The notes below the pieces were generated by a model that was not told where the DNA came from, ran no database searches, and saw only the letters and a program-made list of their open reading frames with translations. From the NCBI GenBank assembly GCA_030704615.1, contig CM060732.1:1736001-1800000 (forward strand): a stretch of 64,000 nt of DNA, read 5' to 3'. Origin of the DNA: Takakia lepidozioides (Eukaryota > Plantae > Bryophyta). This document shows positions 51,011 to 63,520 of this stretch, piece after piece. The position numbers and the translations under genes are program-made. Within the stretch, counting starts at the first letter, position 1, and each line of letters begins with the position of its first letter.

Positions 51011-52150
51011 AATGTGCAGTGGTAGCAATCAACGACAGAGGAGAGGGAGGAAGTGATCTTAAGTGGCAGTGGGGTAGCCAAGAGATCCCGGTCCTCCCTT
51101 CCTACACTTACCTAGGCGTAGAGTTTTCCTCCAATTGTAATTGGGATGCACATATATGGAAAGTTGTTCAAACTGGCAAGGGCAAAGCTCTGGGGCTCAC
51201 TAAATTTTTCCACTGCAGAGGGGTCATCTCTGAGGTTAAGAAAACCATGCTTTGTCGCGTTATTAGACCTGCCTTGGAGTACGGATCTGCTATATGGGTT
51301 GATAACTCCAACCAGGCTAAGTCTCTAGAATCCATTCAAGTGGGGGTGCTTAAGGAGTGTATGTCAGCATGGAGAAAACAGCCAATGTGGCTATTCGGGG
51401 GTGAGTTTGGCATCCCATCCTTAAGCTCCCGACGAGATGAATTCAAGGTCAGATGGTGGGGTCAGCTGCAACATATGCCCAACACCAGATATCCTAAGTT
51501 GATCGACTCTAAATCTTGGAAACAGGACCGCCCTGTCAAACAGACTAAGTCTTGGCAGAAGAGAGTAGAAAAGATTCTCAAGGACCTGGACCTGGATCCG
51601 CAAGTCTTGACCCTGCTGGATAAATCTGCCTTAGAGGCTGTAGTGTCTGAAGCCATGTCTGTTGCCATGAGATTGTCTGATGAAAATGAAGTTAGGCAGA
51701 GAACTTCCCTGAACTTGTTTCCAGTCAGTGACATAGGGGTGGAAATTTTGGATGACCTGAAGGGTCCACCCACTCTCGGCACTAGACTGAAATTTAAACT
51801 CAGGGCAGGAAGCCTACCTTTGAACAGCAAACAGAAGCAGATCGGAAAGGGAGAGTGCAATTGTCCGTTGTGTGGGCAATCTGAAGACAGTATTCATTTT
51901 CTGATACGCTGTCCGGGGTTCTCTCACCAAAGAGACGCTCTCTTCAATTCTATCAAGGGAATTGTGCCTGTACCCCTGTTTACCAACTTTGAAAGACTCG
52001 AGGCTGAGCCAAAAGCCCGGGCCCTCTTGAGGCCTAGTTTTTGGGCAAATCACACACAGCAGATTGATGCTTGTGTGAAGGGATTTCTAGAGGATATCTG
52101 GAAAACCCGGATCAATGCTTTATACGAAGGTAAGTCTTACTACCAACGTC
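51011..52150 (+). mobile_element. Second LINE ORF2 3' half (different family), open for ~380 codons
   Basis: YTYLGVEFS, IRPALEYGSAIW, LKFKLRAGSLPL, CPLCGQSEDSIHFLIRCP, IWKTR. Confidence 0.88.
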
Positions 52151-52924
52151 ATAGGGTCATTGTCTGACTCACTGCCCGGGGTGCTATCACCATATAGACC
52201 ACCGATATCCAAGCTATCAATTGAATTGTGTCTACACCTGTGTTTACAAACATTGAGAGTCTTTAGGCCTTTTGGGGCTCCGATGTTGGGCTCTGCCATA
52301 CAGCCATTTGCTGATTGTGTGAATAGATGTCCACTCCCTATGTGCAAAACCCAGATGGATGTTCTGTTTCCTGGTAAGTGTGTATGATGGTACTGATGTG
52401 AACCCGCCTACATTATGTTTCTTCACCAATGAATGGCCTTACATGTTATGAGGACATTCTGTCCCTCTCCTTTTCAGTTTTTGGCACTTGCGCTGCAGGG
52501 GAGTGGGTTTGAGGTCAGCCAATCCATAGTTGTGGTTGTGGGATCGTTTGTGCTCTGGTGACGTTGTGTTCAGTAGGACTACAGCTGATGCACCTTGTGT
52601 GTGGGATGTTTTTGGCAGCGGAAGGGGAGTGAAGCTGCAGCAAAGCACTCACAGCCACCACACAATGCCAACCAACACCAACCTTGGCACCCACCCCCTG
52701 CCACATGGTCTCCACAACAGAGTGCACCATGGGGAGCCCCCCTGCTTCGGGGTCGTGGCGCTGGCTTCCTGATGCTGGCACGTCACAATGGGGGCCTCCC
52801 ACATCTCCATACGACCCTCCCCCCTCCAGTCACCCCCCACAACGTATGACGGCGCTGCTCCAGAGCATGGGGGCAGGAAACGGACATCAGAGCTGAGGAA
52901 GGAACGACGCAATGCCATGAAACA

Positions 52925-53417
52925 ATGGAAGGAGATGGAGAGGGAAGGGTGGCTACACGGCTAAAGCGCCACAAGGTGGAGGTGCATGGAAATGGAGTCA
53001 TCAATGTTGGCTGCGAAGGTAAGGAACACTGGCAGCGTGATTTGCGTGGCCTGGCATTGCGTTACCTTGATCAAGCGTACAAGACATTGACCAGCAGTCC
53101 AGAGTGCCATGTCAACAGTAATAGAGGGCATAAATGGAATGTACGAGTACAGACCTATCCCTGCCAATCGTGATTTTATAGTGAAGCAATGTGGGAAGAT
53201 AATGAAAGGAGAAAGAGCAAAACTGAAAGATAAATGGGCAAAGACTGGTGTGAGGCCAATGAACACTGAACCCGCCTATTGGGATAAGCTTGTTGCCTAC
53301 TGGGAGTCCCCTCGTGGACTTGCAAAGGCTGAAGGGATGAAGCAAGCGCGTGCTTGTGTCACGAACCCTCGCGTTGGGGCCGGGCAGGAGTTGCAGGCCA
53401 AGCAGCCCGTTTGGTAA
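52925..53417 (+). mobile_element. CACTA TnpA-like (Ptta/En/Spm) coding fragment
   Basis: GERAKLKDKW..RPMNTEPAYWDKLVAYWESP..KAEGMKQAR resembles the TnpA-family P....W..LV.YW.S pattern. One frameshift. Confidence 0.6.
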
Positions 53418-54904
53418 TCTCCTCACCCCCTTCTCATTGCTCCTACGTTGTGGCATGTTCTGATGGAAGAGACACCCACGAGTGGGTTTTATTGCTTGTG
53501 CAGAATTAGTTGTTATGTGATATGCAGGGCAGTGCTTTGTTCATATGCTCCTGGCATTTTGTACTGACAGTGTGTGGATGGGCAAATACAGAAAAGACGC
53601 AAAGCGCGGAGCCCGTCACTGTCCGAGCTCGGGGCGGAGCAAAAGAACTATGCGACTGGCACCCCATCAGAGTCTGTTTTGAGCCAGGTATGTTTTGAAG
53701 TCCGGTTTCCATTCATGAATCTGTTGTTGTACTAAGATTTGGTGGGTATGTGGGGCCCCCACGCATGGTACACGAGGGGTGTTATGCCAAACCCAGCATC
53801 TCCGAATGCCTGAAATCCTGCACATTCGGCCTCTTCTTCTGGTTTTTAACAGTACGGGTGGTTTGTATGCGTAGGGAGCGGGGAACTCAATGGCAGCCCG
53901 CATCGGGGCCCTGGAGAGGCTTGCGGCTCTCTCTGCGGAGCGGGAGAGTCAAATTAGTGCGAATGGCGGCACCGACGATGGGCCAGCTAGAACATCCTGT
54001 AGTCATCAACTCTAGGCTTGGTTCAGGCAGTAATTGCTTGGGCAAGTGGGGTAGGGGACTTAAGGGCCATTCACAGATGATGGACTTCTTCTTGCTTTGC
54101 GGAGACAATAGTGGGTAGCGAAGATGAAGTGGAGATGGTGACATGAGGGAGAGGCTTGGGCTTTAAGCTGCAGATTTCATATTTCGTGTAGGTGAAGGAT
54201 TATACCGACGGGGAAGTAAAATTGACGGATTTTGGGTCACCTCTCTATTTTCGTGTTTGGAATCACAACTGCATAATGCATCAGTCCCTGCGTCGTTGTC
54301 AGTAGGGAAATCTGATTGCAGTTCGGGTCAGACTGAGCATGTAAAGGGTGTAGGTGCAATAGCTGGGAAATCAGGGCATGTATGTAGCATCGAGGCATCA
54401 CTCAAACCACTTAGTGGGGGGGGGGGGGGGGGACTTCATATTGCATAGATGGAGGATTAGGATGCATCTGTAGAGGACAACATTGTTAACTCTATTCTAG
54501 TGATCGGTGGAACCCGCAGCTCGTGCGTAACGGATGAGTGTTATTGGATCTGACCCTTTGGACTTGAGGGGTAAAAGAAGTGAGAGTGAGAGAGATTGAG
54601 GTGATGCCGGATAGGTCTGGGTAGTTCGATCAAGCCGGTTGACGGGGTGGTGCCATGAACACCAGTGGGTGACGGTTCTCTACGGGCTATGCCCACCTTT
54701 CAAGGGAGCATCTGTGAAGGCAAATCTGGATACTTTGTAGCATACGTGATCACATGCAAGGCGGTTAATGATCAGTGATGGATGTGTGTCCTACCTATGT
54801 CTTCCCTTTCATTGAGGCATGGGTGAGACGAGATGATACTCTGGTGACTTAATGTGAATGTTGTGGGGAATGATTTTGCCCCTTTCTTTCACACCACAGT
54901 CTCC

Positions 54905-55820
54905 GAACAGTGGAGACAACGATCTTGAAAACCAATAACCACGATCTTGAAATAAAGCCAAAGCTTTATACAAAGCGAAATCATCCGATGTTGTGCTTAT
55001 CTCTATCATCCTACTTGAGCATGTGCACGAGTTTGTGGTGATGGCGTTCAAGGGGAGGGAGAACCCAGTTGTCTGTCTCTCTCCTCATTTTAGATTCCGA
55101 GCTGCTTTCTCAAGCTTTTGGATTTTTTTCAATGATATTCGATTTCGTCAAGGAATCGAGGATGTCACCAAAGAAGTTTAGTATGTGCCTAATCTGAGGT
55201 TCTGTAGAAGCTATCTGATGTATCTAGATGTCAACGTTGTCTCCTGATCACAGTGGAGACAACGACCTTGAAACCAATAACCACGATCTTCAAATAAGGC
55301 CAAAATCTTATACAAAGCAAAATCATCTGATGTTGTGCTTATCTCTACCATCCTACCTGAGCACGTGCGCGAGTTTTTTTTGTGATGAAGAGTATTGCAC
55401 CCATTGACCCCTCTCTCGTATCCTTGTTTTTTTTTAAATCCCCTTCAAGGGATAGAGAAAAAGTGCTCACCTTTGTTTGTCATAGCTTTCTGGCCTTTGA
55501 GCCCACTCTCATCTGAGGTTCTCTCTAGAAATTATCTGATGTATCTAGATGTCAACGTTGTCTCTTGACAGTGGATGCCTGCTATGACTTAGGTGATTAT
55601 GTCAAACAACTCCCACAAAGGCAACGACGTGCAACTGGAGCAAGTGATGCAAATCGGCACCAAGACTCTACGCTATGTAAATCACATGGAGGTGGAAATG
55701 TTAATGGGATCTCATCCGATATACAAAGCAAAATTATCCGATGTTGTGCTTCTCTCTACCATCTTACCTGAGCATGTGCGCGCGTTTTTCTGTGACGAAG
55801 AGTATTGCACCGATTGCAAT
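54905..55820. repeat. Degenerate tandem repeat (~340-bp period) that resumes at 61189-61265 after the chromovirus
   Basis: CAGTGGAGACAACGA..ATACAAAGC.AAAT.ATC.GATGTTGTGCTT at ~54908, ~55251 and partially ~55720. CACCAAAGAAGTTTAGTATG..TCTAGATGTCAACGT at ~55166 and ~61195. Confidence 0.8.
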
Positions 55821-55827
55821 TGCGTGA

Positions 55828-58800
55828 TTCTTCTTCAACATATTACGAGAAAGATCAGCATGCCCGAGAAATTTGATCGGACGAGAACAAGAACCATACG
55901 AGTCCCTACTGCAACAGCTCCTACAACAACGGTTCCTCTTCAACAGATTACGAGAGAACCAAATATCAGCATTCCCGAGAAATTTGATGGGACGATATCA
56001 AGATTTCGCGGTTTTGTTCAACAAGTACGACTGTTCCTACGACTATATCCACAACGCTACCCCGATGAAGGTATTCAAGTGGGATTCGTGGGCACCCTTC
56101 TATCAGGCAATGCCCTATCTTGGTTTGCACCACTATTAGAAAAAAAATCGCATTTACTATACAATTTTGAAGCATTGATGTCCGAGTTCACTGCAACGTT
56201 TGGAGAGAATGATAGAGAGAGAGTTGCAAAGACAAAGATGCGAAATCTTCGACAAGGAGCACGTCATGCTTCCGTTTATGTTGCCAAATTTCGACAACTT
56301 GCGTGCGACCTCGACTGGAATGAGAAGAGCCTCATTAGTCAGTTTCGATGTGGGCTAAAAGATGTTGTAAAAGATTTGTTGCTGACAATGCCAAACATGA
56401 GTACACTGAGCGAATTCATCACCCAAGTCATTGCATGCGATAATCATTTGTTCGAAAGACGTCAAGAGAAGCGATCTGGATGGTTGACGATGCATTATGC
56501 CGCTGCTACTACGGCACCAAACACAACGATCCATCAGACATCCGGTAGTGACCTATGCAGATTGATGCTGTCCGATTCAAGCCATTAACGCCACAAGAAA
56601 AACAAAGACAACGTTCGAATGGATTATGCCTCTATTGTAGAGAAGAAGATCACATATCATTAAACTGCCCTAACAAGAGAAGATTCAAAGCTCGGGGGCG
56701 CAACTCAAGTGTTCGATACGAGAAGGTCGGAAAACGAAGATGTCTAGTCACAATAGGGACTATGCAGCTGGACATCACAAATTCCACACCAAAAAAATGT
56801 CTCTTTCTACCTCCAGACCCTACACCTTGCCTCACAATTCCGGTAAAATCAGAGTGCAAAATCGAGATATCTCTGTAGAGGCACTTTTGGACTCAGGGGC
56901 TTCAGCATGTTTTATTGATAAAAACTTTGTGAAGCAACACAATTTAACGTTCGTAAGGAACTCTCGACCCCCGTTGAAGTCATCGATGGACCGGTTAACA
57001 TTAGGAAATGTTGACCATGAAACTCGACCACTTGAAGTGAAGCTTGAAGATCAAGCATCACATATTATTTCAACGTCATCCAGTCTTCAACGAATCATGT
57101 GATCCTTGGACTTCCCTGGTTCGTACTTCACAATCCTGACATCGACTGACGATCATGAAAAATTTCTGCAAGACAAAAATGTAGAAATATCAAAGGTATT
57201 CAAACCCTGTTCCTTGGAGCTAGAGCTTTAATGAGAGCTACCAAAATGGATGCAACATTTGCACTTTATGCGACTCCGATCAAGACCACAACACACAAAG
57301 GTACTTCAACATTACCCACTCAATATCAAAATTTCAAGGTTGTCTTCAAGAAGAAAAATGCAGACATATTGCCAGAACATCAACCTTATGACTGTGCAAT
57401 TGAGTTACAAGAAGGAGCCCAACCACCATTCGGCCCAATCTATAACTTATCCCAGACGGAGTTGGTTGCATTACGTGAGTACATTGATGAAAATTTGTCG
57501 AAGAACTTCATCCGACATTCAAAATCACCTGCGGGGGCGCCTATCTTGTTTGCGAAAAAGAAGGACGGATCATTACGCATGTGTGTAGACTACCGCGGTC
57601 TCAACAAAATCACAATTAAGAATCGTTATCCATTGCCGCCGATTTCTGGGCTTCTCGACCAGCTGGGACGAGCGAAGATTTTCACCAAAATTGACTTGAG
57701 AGGAGCTTATAACCTTGTACGGATAAAAGAAGGAAACGAATGGAAAACAGCTTTTCGAACAAGGTATGGACATTTTGAATATAGTGTTATGCCTTTCGGT
57801 CTTACAAATGCTCCAACAATTTTTCAACATATGATGAATGACATCTTTCTAGAATTTTTAGATAACTTTGTAGTCATCTATTTGGACGACATTTTGATAT
57901 TTTCACAGAATGAAGAAGAACATGGCCGCCATATACGCCTTGTCCTTGATAAATTAAAAGAAAGATGACTATATGTCAAGTTGGAAAAATATCTTTTTCA
58001 TCAATCTGAGGTCGAATTTCTGGGCTACATTATTTCCGACAAATACGTCTTTATGGATCAGAAGAAAATACAAACCATCATCGAGTGGATTAAACCAACT
58101 TCAGTCCGAGACATACAATGTTTTCTGGGATTTGCAAATTTCTATAGAATCTTCATCAATGACTACTCCAAAATTGCTGCACCATTGACACAACTCACAG
58201 GGAATGACAAATTTGTATGGGACGAGAAGGCTGACCAGGCATTTGAAAGGCTAAAGCATGCATTTACAACGGCTCCAATACTGGTAAATGCAGACCCATC
58301 TAAACCATTCTTTTTGGAAGCAGATGCATCGGACTTTGCACTTGGGGCTATACTCTCTCAATACGGTACGGATGGCCGACTTCACCCTGTTGGTTTTCGT
58401 TCTCGCAAATTTTCCGCTGCAGAGATCAATTATGAATCCATAACAAATAATTTCTAGCGATCATCGATGCTTTTGAGGAGTGGCGTTATCTATTGGAGGG
58501 AGCTAAACATCAGGTCATTGTCTACACCGATAACAAAAACCTCGAATATTTTATGAGTGCTCGTGTTTTGAATCGACGTCAAGCAAGATGGGGTATGTTA
58601 CTAGCAAGGTTTGATTTTGTTATTACCTATCGACCCGGACATCTTCAAGAAAAACCCGATGCTCTTTCTTGACGATCGTATCTTGCGCCGAAAAAAAGAG
58701 AGGCAACTTTCGACCACCATCATCTTGAAACCAGCAAATCTCCAATAAAATATGCTATCCATGTCCACCTATGACGATGCAGAGATCATAAAGGAGATTC

Positions 58801-61188
58801 AGGAAACACTGAAGAGCGACCAATTTGCTACGACACTATGAAGTCAACTAAATCGACCTCAAGACAACCCACACGTTACAAACGACTTCGAATTCAAAGA
58901 TGACTTATTTTATTTCAATGGATTTCTCTATATACCTCCAGGACCTACACGACTTTGAATTCTTCAAACATGTCATGATCTTCCGGCTGCAGGACATTTC
59001 GGTTACAACAAAACAATGGAATTGATATCCAAGGACTATTGATGGCCGCAGATGTGGAAACTCGTGAAAGAATTTATAAAATCTTGCGACACGTGTGCTA
59101 GAGCGAAGGGACCACGACATCAACGTTACGGCCTTCTTCAACCATTACCCATTCCCAAGGGTTCATGGTCGTCCGTGTCTATGGACTTTATTACGGACCT
59201 TCCAATTTCCAAGACTATCGATTCAATCCTTGTTATTGTAGATTGTTTTACGAAGATGACACATTTCATTTCATGTAATAAGACGGTTACCGGCGAGGAA
59301 ACTGCAAGACTCTTCCTCAATAATATCTATCGCATTCATGGACTCCCGAATGACATCGTACCTGATCGAGAACCACAGTTCATATCAAATTTCTGGAGGG
59401 GATTATTTCACATATTGGATACTAAGATCAACCTCTCTATAGCTAATCATCCACAGACTGATGGTCAAACCGAACGCGTAAACCAGATTTTGGAGCAGTA
59501 TCTTCGCTGTACGATAAATTATCACCAAGATAATTGGACGGACCTTCTGTCACTGGCTGAGTTTGCCTACAACAACACTATACATTCTTCGACCAAGCAA
59601 ACTCCATTTTTCTCCAATTATGGTCATCATCCTCGAGCAAACCCTTTCCACATAAAGACTGTTGGAAGCCCTGCTACAGAAAACCTTGCTACTGATCTTG
59701 CTATGATTCACAAGGAGCTGACATTCCACCTAGCAGAAGCTCAAAAACAATACAAGGAGTATGCAGATCAACATCGCCAACTCCAACCCCAGTTCAAGGT
59801 CATCGTGTGTGGCTTCTTCGACGAGATATACAAACCTCGTGATCATCAAGGAAGTTGGATTATCAACGTCTGGGACCATTCAAAATTATTCGACAAATAA
59901 ATCCGGTCAGTTTTCGGCTTGAACTTCCACGAAGTATGCGTATCCACCCAGTCTTCCATGTCTCATTATTAGAGTTGTATCATCACTCAAGTATCCCCGG
60001 ACGAGTTTCTGTACCACCTCCACCGATTGAAGTCAATCAGAAAATTGAGTATGAAATCGACGAAGTTCTAGACTCTCGCATCAAGTATAAACGTCTTGAG
60101 TATTTCGTACATTGGAAAGGCTACGACATCAGCGAACAAACGTGGGAACCTTCATCCAACCTCGCCAATGCATCTGACAAAGTCCAAGAGTTTCAGCAAC
60201 GATATCCAACTAAGCCCCGAGCTACACGTCAATAAGACGTCACAACGATGATGTCAGCCAAGTTAGCTTCAAGATGAAGACTCCACATTCAGTGTACCTG
60301 ATATACGCTAAGAAGAGAGGTTCTCCAACTCTAAGCAAGTCCGAGTTTTTACTGCTCCTCGAGGAACTCGGCGCTAGAGAAGGGGATGATGTCACGGACA
60401 TAGCCCAGAGGAACTTACCAGGAGTAAATACCAGAAGTTACAAAGTTACCATGTTACCAAAAGATACCATGATTTATCGTGATTTACCATGAGTTACTGT
60501 GAGTTACCAAGCTGTCTCATATTCTCAGTACAATACACCTCACCCAAAGTACAAGCCATACACGATAGCTACCAAGTTAACCGGAAATTTACCAAATTAC
60601 CGAAAGTAACTTGGGAAACTGCTCAGGAAGCTTCATTTGGAGGAAACTTCTTCATCAAGATACCTCCTTTGTTTGAGGAAACTTCTCCATCAAGAAACCT
60701 CCATTGGGGAAGCTTCTTATGGAACTTCCTAGTAGCCAATATATATAGAAGGCGAGACTGGACACTTCTCGGGCTCTTGCTTGCAGCACCCGCACTCCGT
60801 TATCTCGTTGCATGGTTCGTCATGTGCACGGGTAGTCACTTAACTCATATTCCGTGCATACTTCATGGCAGTGATCCTTGGCTACTTTGCTTACTTGTGC
60901 AATCTATCAACACAAGTTCAAGCTACTCTTGTTTCCAGTCTCAGTACTCTAGTTCAGCTTCCAGTATTCTAGCCCAGTTTCCAGTATCTGGCACTTTAGT
61001 CCAGTTTCCAACATTCCGGTATTCAAGTCGCATTCCAGTATCTTGTACTCTTGTCCATTGTTATAAAGATCTTCTTGATTCATGTTTACCCATCATGCAT
61101 TCGGCCACGCTGACCTTGACTTCTTGTCTAGTCTTGTACCTCTAGTCTGATCCCTTGTTTGTGTTCAGTCATGTTCTCGTCCTTGACA
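55828..61188 (+). mobile_element. Ty3/gypsy chromovirus (Tcn1-like): gag-PR-RT-RNaseH-INT-chromodomain-PPT-3'LTR, 5' LTR missing, pseudogenised
   Basis: PEKFDG gag, CLYC..H..NC knuckle, LLDSGAS, YLDD RT, ADASDFALGA RNase H, SMDFITDLP and HPQTDGQTER integrase, chromodomain [23 protein letters not shown] (~60045-60220). Confidence 0.95.
60390..61188 (+). repeat. Chromovirus 3' LTR (799 bp)
   Basis: PPT AGAGAAGGGGATGA, then TGTCACGGAC...GTCCTTGACA (9/10 terminal inverted repeat). TATA-like AATATATATAG at ~60740. The host repeat resumes right after it. Confidence 0.9.
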
Positions 61189-61801
61189 TATGCCACCAAA
61201 GAAGTTTAGTATGCACCTAATCCGCGGTTCTGTAGAAGTTATCTGATGTATCTAGATGTCAACGTATTGTATTGTATTGTATTGTATTGATGATATGATT
61301 GTATTGCAATTGTATTATATTGATGATTTGATTGGATGATTTGTTGATTTGAAGTTTGATTTGATGTTGATTTTGAAATAAAGCCAAAGCTTTATACACC
61401 GAGTGATCTCCAATAAGAATGATCTACTTCAGTTCCTTTATCTGGGTAATAATAGCAGTATCTGCTTCTACTTGTTGTGCAGCCTCATCAATTATTACGC
61501 AATTAATAGCTTCAACGATCGTTGGCCTGCTATGGAGACAGTGCAAAAAAACAATGCAAGCATTCTCCATGCATTCCATCTCCAACCATTTCAGTGATGA
61601 AGCTGCAGAAGAAGGAAGCATGTCATATGCAGGCTCTAAGCCGATCATAATTTGAAAAATGTCTCTGTCAATTCAGAAAACAGCTCAGTGCCAGAACTTC
61701 CTAGTTTTCCAAATCCATTTTCGTCTTTGTTGTATCCCGAGGAAAACTTTGCAGCGTCTTTACATTCCAGAGTCTGTTGAGGAAATAATTTTATTTCATT
61801 A

Positions 61802-62254
61802 TTAAACCATATGCTTAATGACAACATGTGCAATGTGCATTGCAAAATTTGGCAGTGAACAGACATCATCTGCACCCAAAACCATATTTTCTTCCCTCAT
61901 TTGCACTCCAAAGTTGAGTTCTCTTAAAGTTCATGCACTGTTGATGAGCATATTTCTTAATGTTGCTCATCTTTTGCGACTTTGCATATATGATCTGGAC
62001 ATACTTAAGCGCATGTGGACCAAATATGAGCTTGAACCAAGTTCATTCAATGGGTCATTCAAGTGTTAAACACATCTACGTGTTTTAGAGACGGAAAACT
62101 GCATTTCGTTTGCACATGATTTTTTTTAAATTCCGTTCTTAAACCATATGCTTAATGACAACATATGCAATGTGCGTACAAAATTTGAGAGTAAATAAAA
62201 GTCATTTGGACCCAAAACCATATTTTCTTCCCTCATTTGCACTCCAAAGTTGAG
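61802..62254. repeat. Direct repeat of ~115 bp, ~337 bp apart
   Basis: TTAAACCATATGCTTAATGACAACAT...CCCAAAACCATATTTTCTTCCCTCATTTGCACTCCAAAGTTGAG at ~61802 and ~62139. Confidence 0.85.
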
Positions 62255-62399
62255 ATGTTTTCAACTTCATGCACTCTTCATAGAGAGTTCTGCAATAGTG
62301 AACGAAGATTTTTTATTTATTTTTTAACATTTGTTTTTTGTCCAATCTTTTGCACGGATGTAGTGGTGCAAAGGTTGAATTCACATAACAAAATCAATC

Positions 62400-62919
62400 A
62401 TTACGTCGCAGAAATCCCCAATCATAGAACCCCAGGCGAAAGGGTATTGCGACGCCCTAGCTCGACTGCGACGGCGGGGAATCGCAACCTCGCCATTGTG
62501 GACGGGGGGCCGTTGCGACTCCATGGCGACACAGCCTCCCAGGGGCGTCGCAGGGTATGTCTGCGATTCCCGGATGTTGCAAACCCTAGCTCGAGCTGGC
62601 TCGGCCCTCCCCACGCGCCTAAGTGGGAGAGGGTGTTGTTGCGACTCCCGGGAGTCGCAGCCTGGCGGGGGCGTCGCAGAGCGTATCGGCGACTCCCGGA
62701 CGACGCAACCCCAGGCGCGCTAGCAGATCATGCCCCAATTCCAGTGACATGGTGGCAATGCAAGGTGGGGGCAAGGTCACCTGAGCGGTGCCGTTGCGAC
62801 GCTCCAACATCACAATTCATGGATCGGGCGCCTGCGCGGCCCTGCAGTCGCAGGGGGGTCGGCGCGTCCGGCACGCCCGGGGTCCCGTCGTCGCTAAACC
62901 CCCCCTAAACGTAGTAGTG
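62400..62919 (-). mobile_element. CACTA element terminus with GCGAC/GTCGC subterminal repeats
   Basis: Ends ...AAACGTAGTAGTG (reverse complement CACTACTACGTTT) at 62919. Preceded by about a dozen TGCGAC/GTCGCA-like motifs in both orientations, including the palindrome GCGACTCCCGGGAGTCGC. Confidence 0.7.
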
Positions 62920-63193
62920 CACATTTCCTTTGTGGCAGCTGGAGAAGAGAGTGATTATTGTGCTCGAATAGAATATAAATGACCTGAATATAACTATGAG
63001 CACACCACAAATGAGCTTGGAGGCTTACATTCGGAAGTGGAAAAGGCTGACATGGAGGTACTGTTTTTTCCGAGAGTTTGCCAAGGAAGGGAATATATCG
63101 AGATCCAGCGATTTGGACAATCAGGTTGGAGGCAAGTGGGCCATGATGAGGGTCGCTTATAGGTCCTCCCAAACTTTTCTCTTTTTTTCACTT

Positions 63194-63520
63194 TGTGATG
63201 ATCGTTAACGATCATTGTAGCAGGTTGTTGTCTGAGGGGGTCACTTTGTATGGCAAGTGCCAAACAAGTGATCGTTCACATGTGATGATCGTCGACGATC
63301 ATCACATGTTTATTTTTTAGCTGATTGCACTCTCAGGTTTTACATTATTTTTTTTGAAAATACAGTAGCAGTCGATTATGTTCTTCATGCTGTGTGTGTA
63401 GTTTCTTTCCAGGGAGAATGTGATAATCGTCGACGATCATTACATTCTCTTGTGTTTTACTGTGGCCGGGTATCATAGACTGCACCCTTCGAATGTGATG
63501 ATCTTCCAAAATCATCACAT
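63194..63520. repeat. Four related palindromes (TGTGATGATCGTCGACGATCATCACA family)
   Basis: Copies at ~63194, 63278-63309 (perfect 32 bp), ~63414-63449 and ~63492-63520. Confidence 0.85.

Noticed and set aside
60489-61145. 218-aa ORF
   Set aside because: It lies wholly within the chromovirus LTR and has no recognisable motifs.
62237-62908. 223-aa ORF
   Set aside because: It runs through GC-rich subterminal repeats and has no protein-like features.
63194-63520. CRISPR array
   Set aside because: Spacing is irregular, repeats are divergent, there are no cas genes and the context is eukaryotic.
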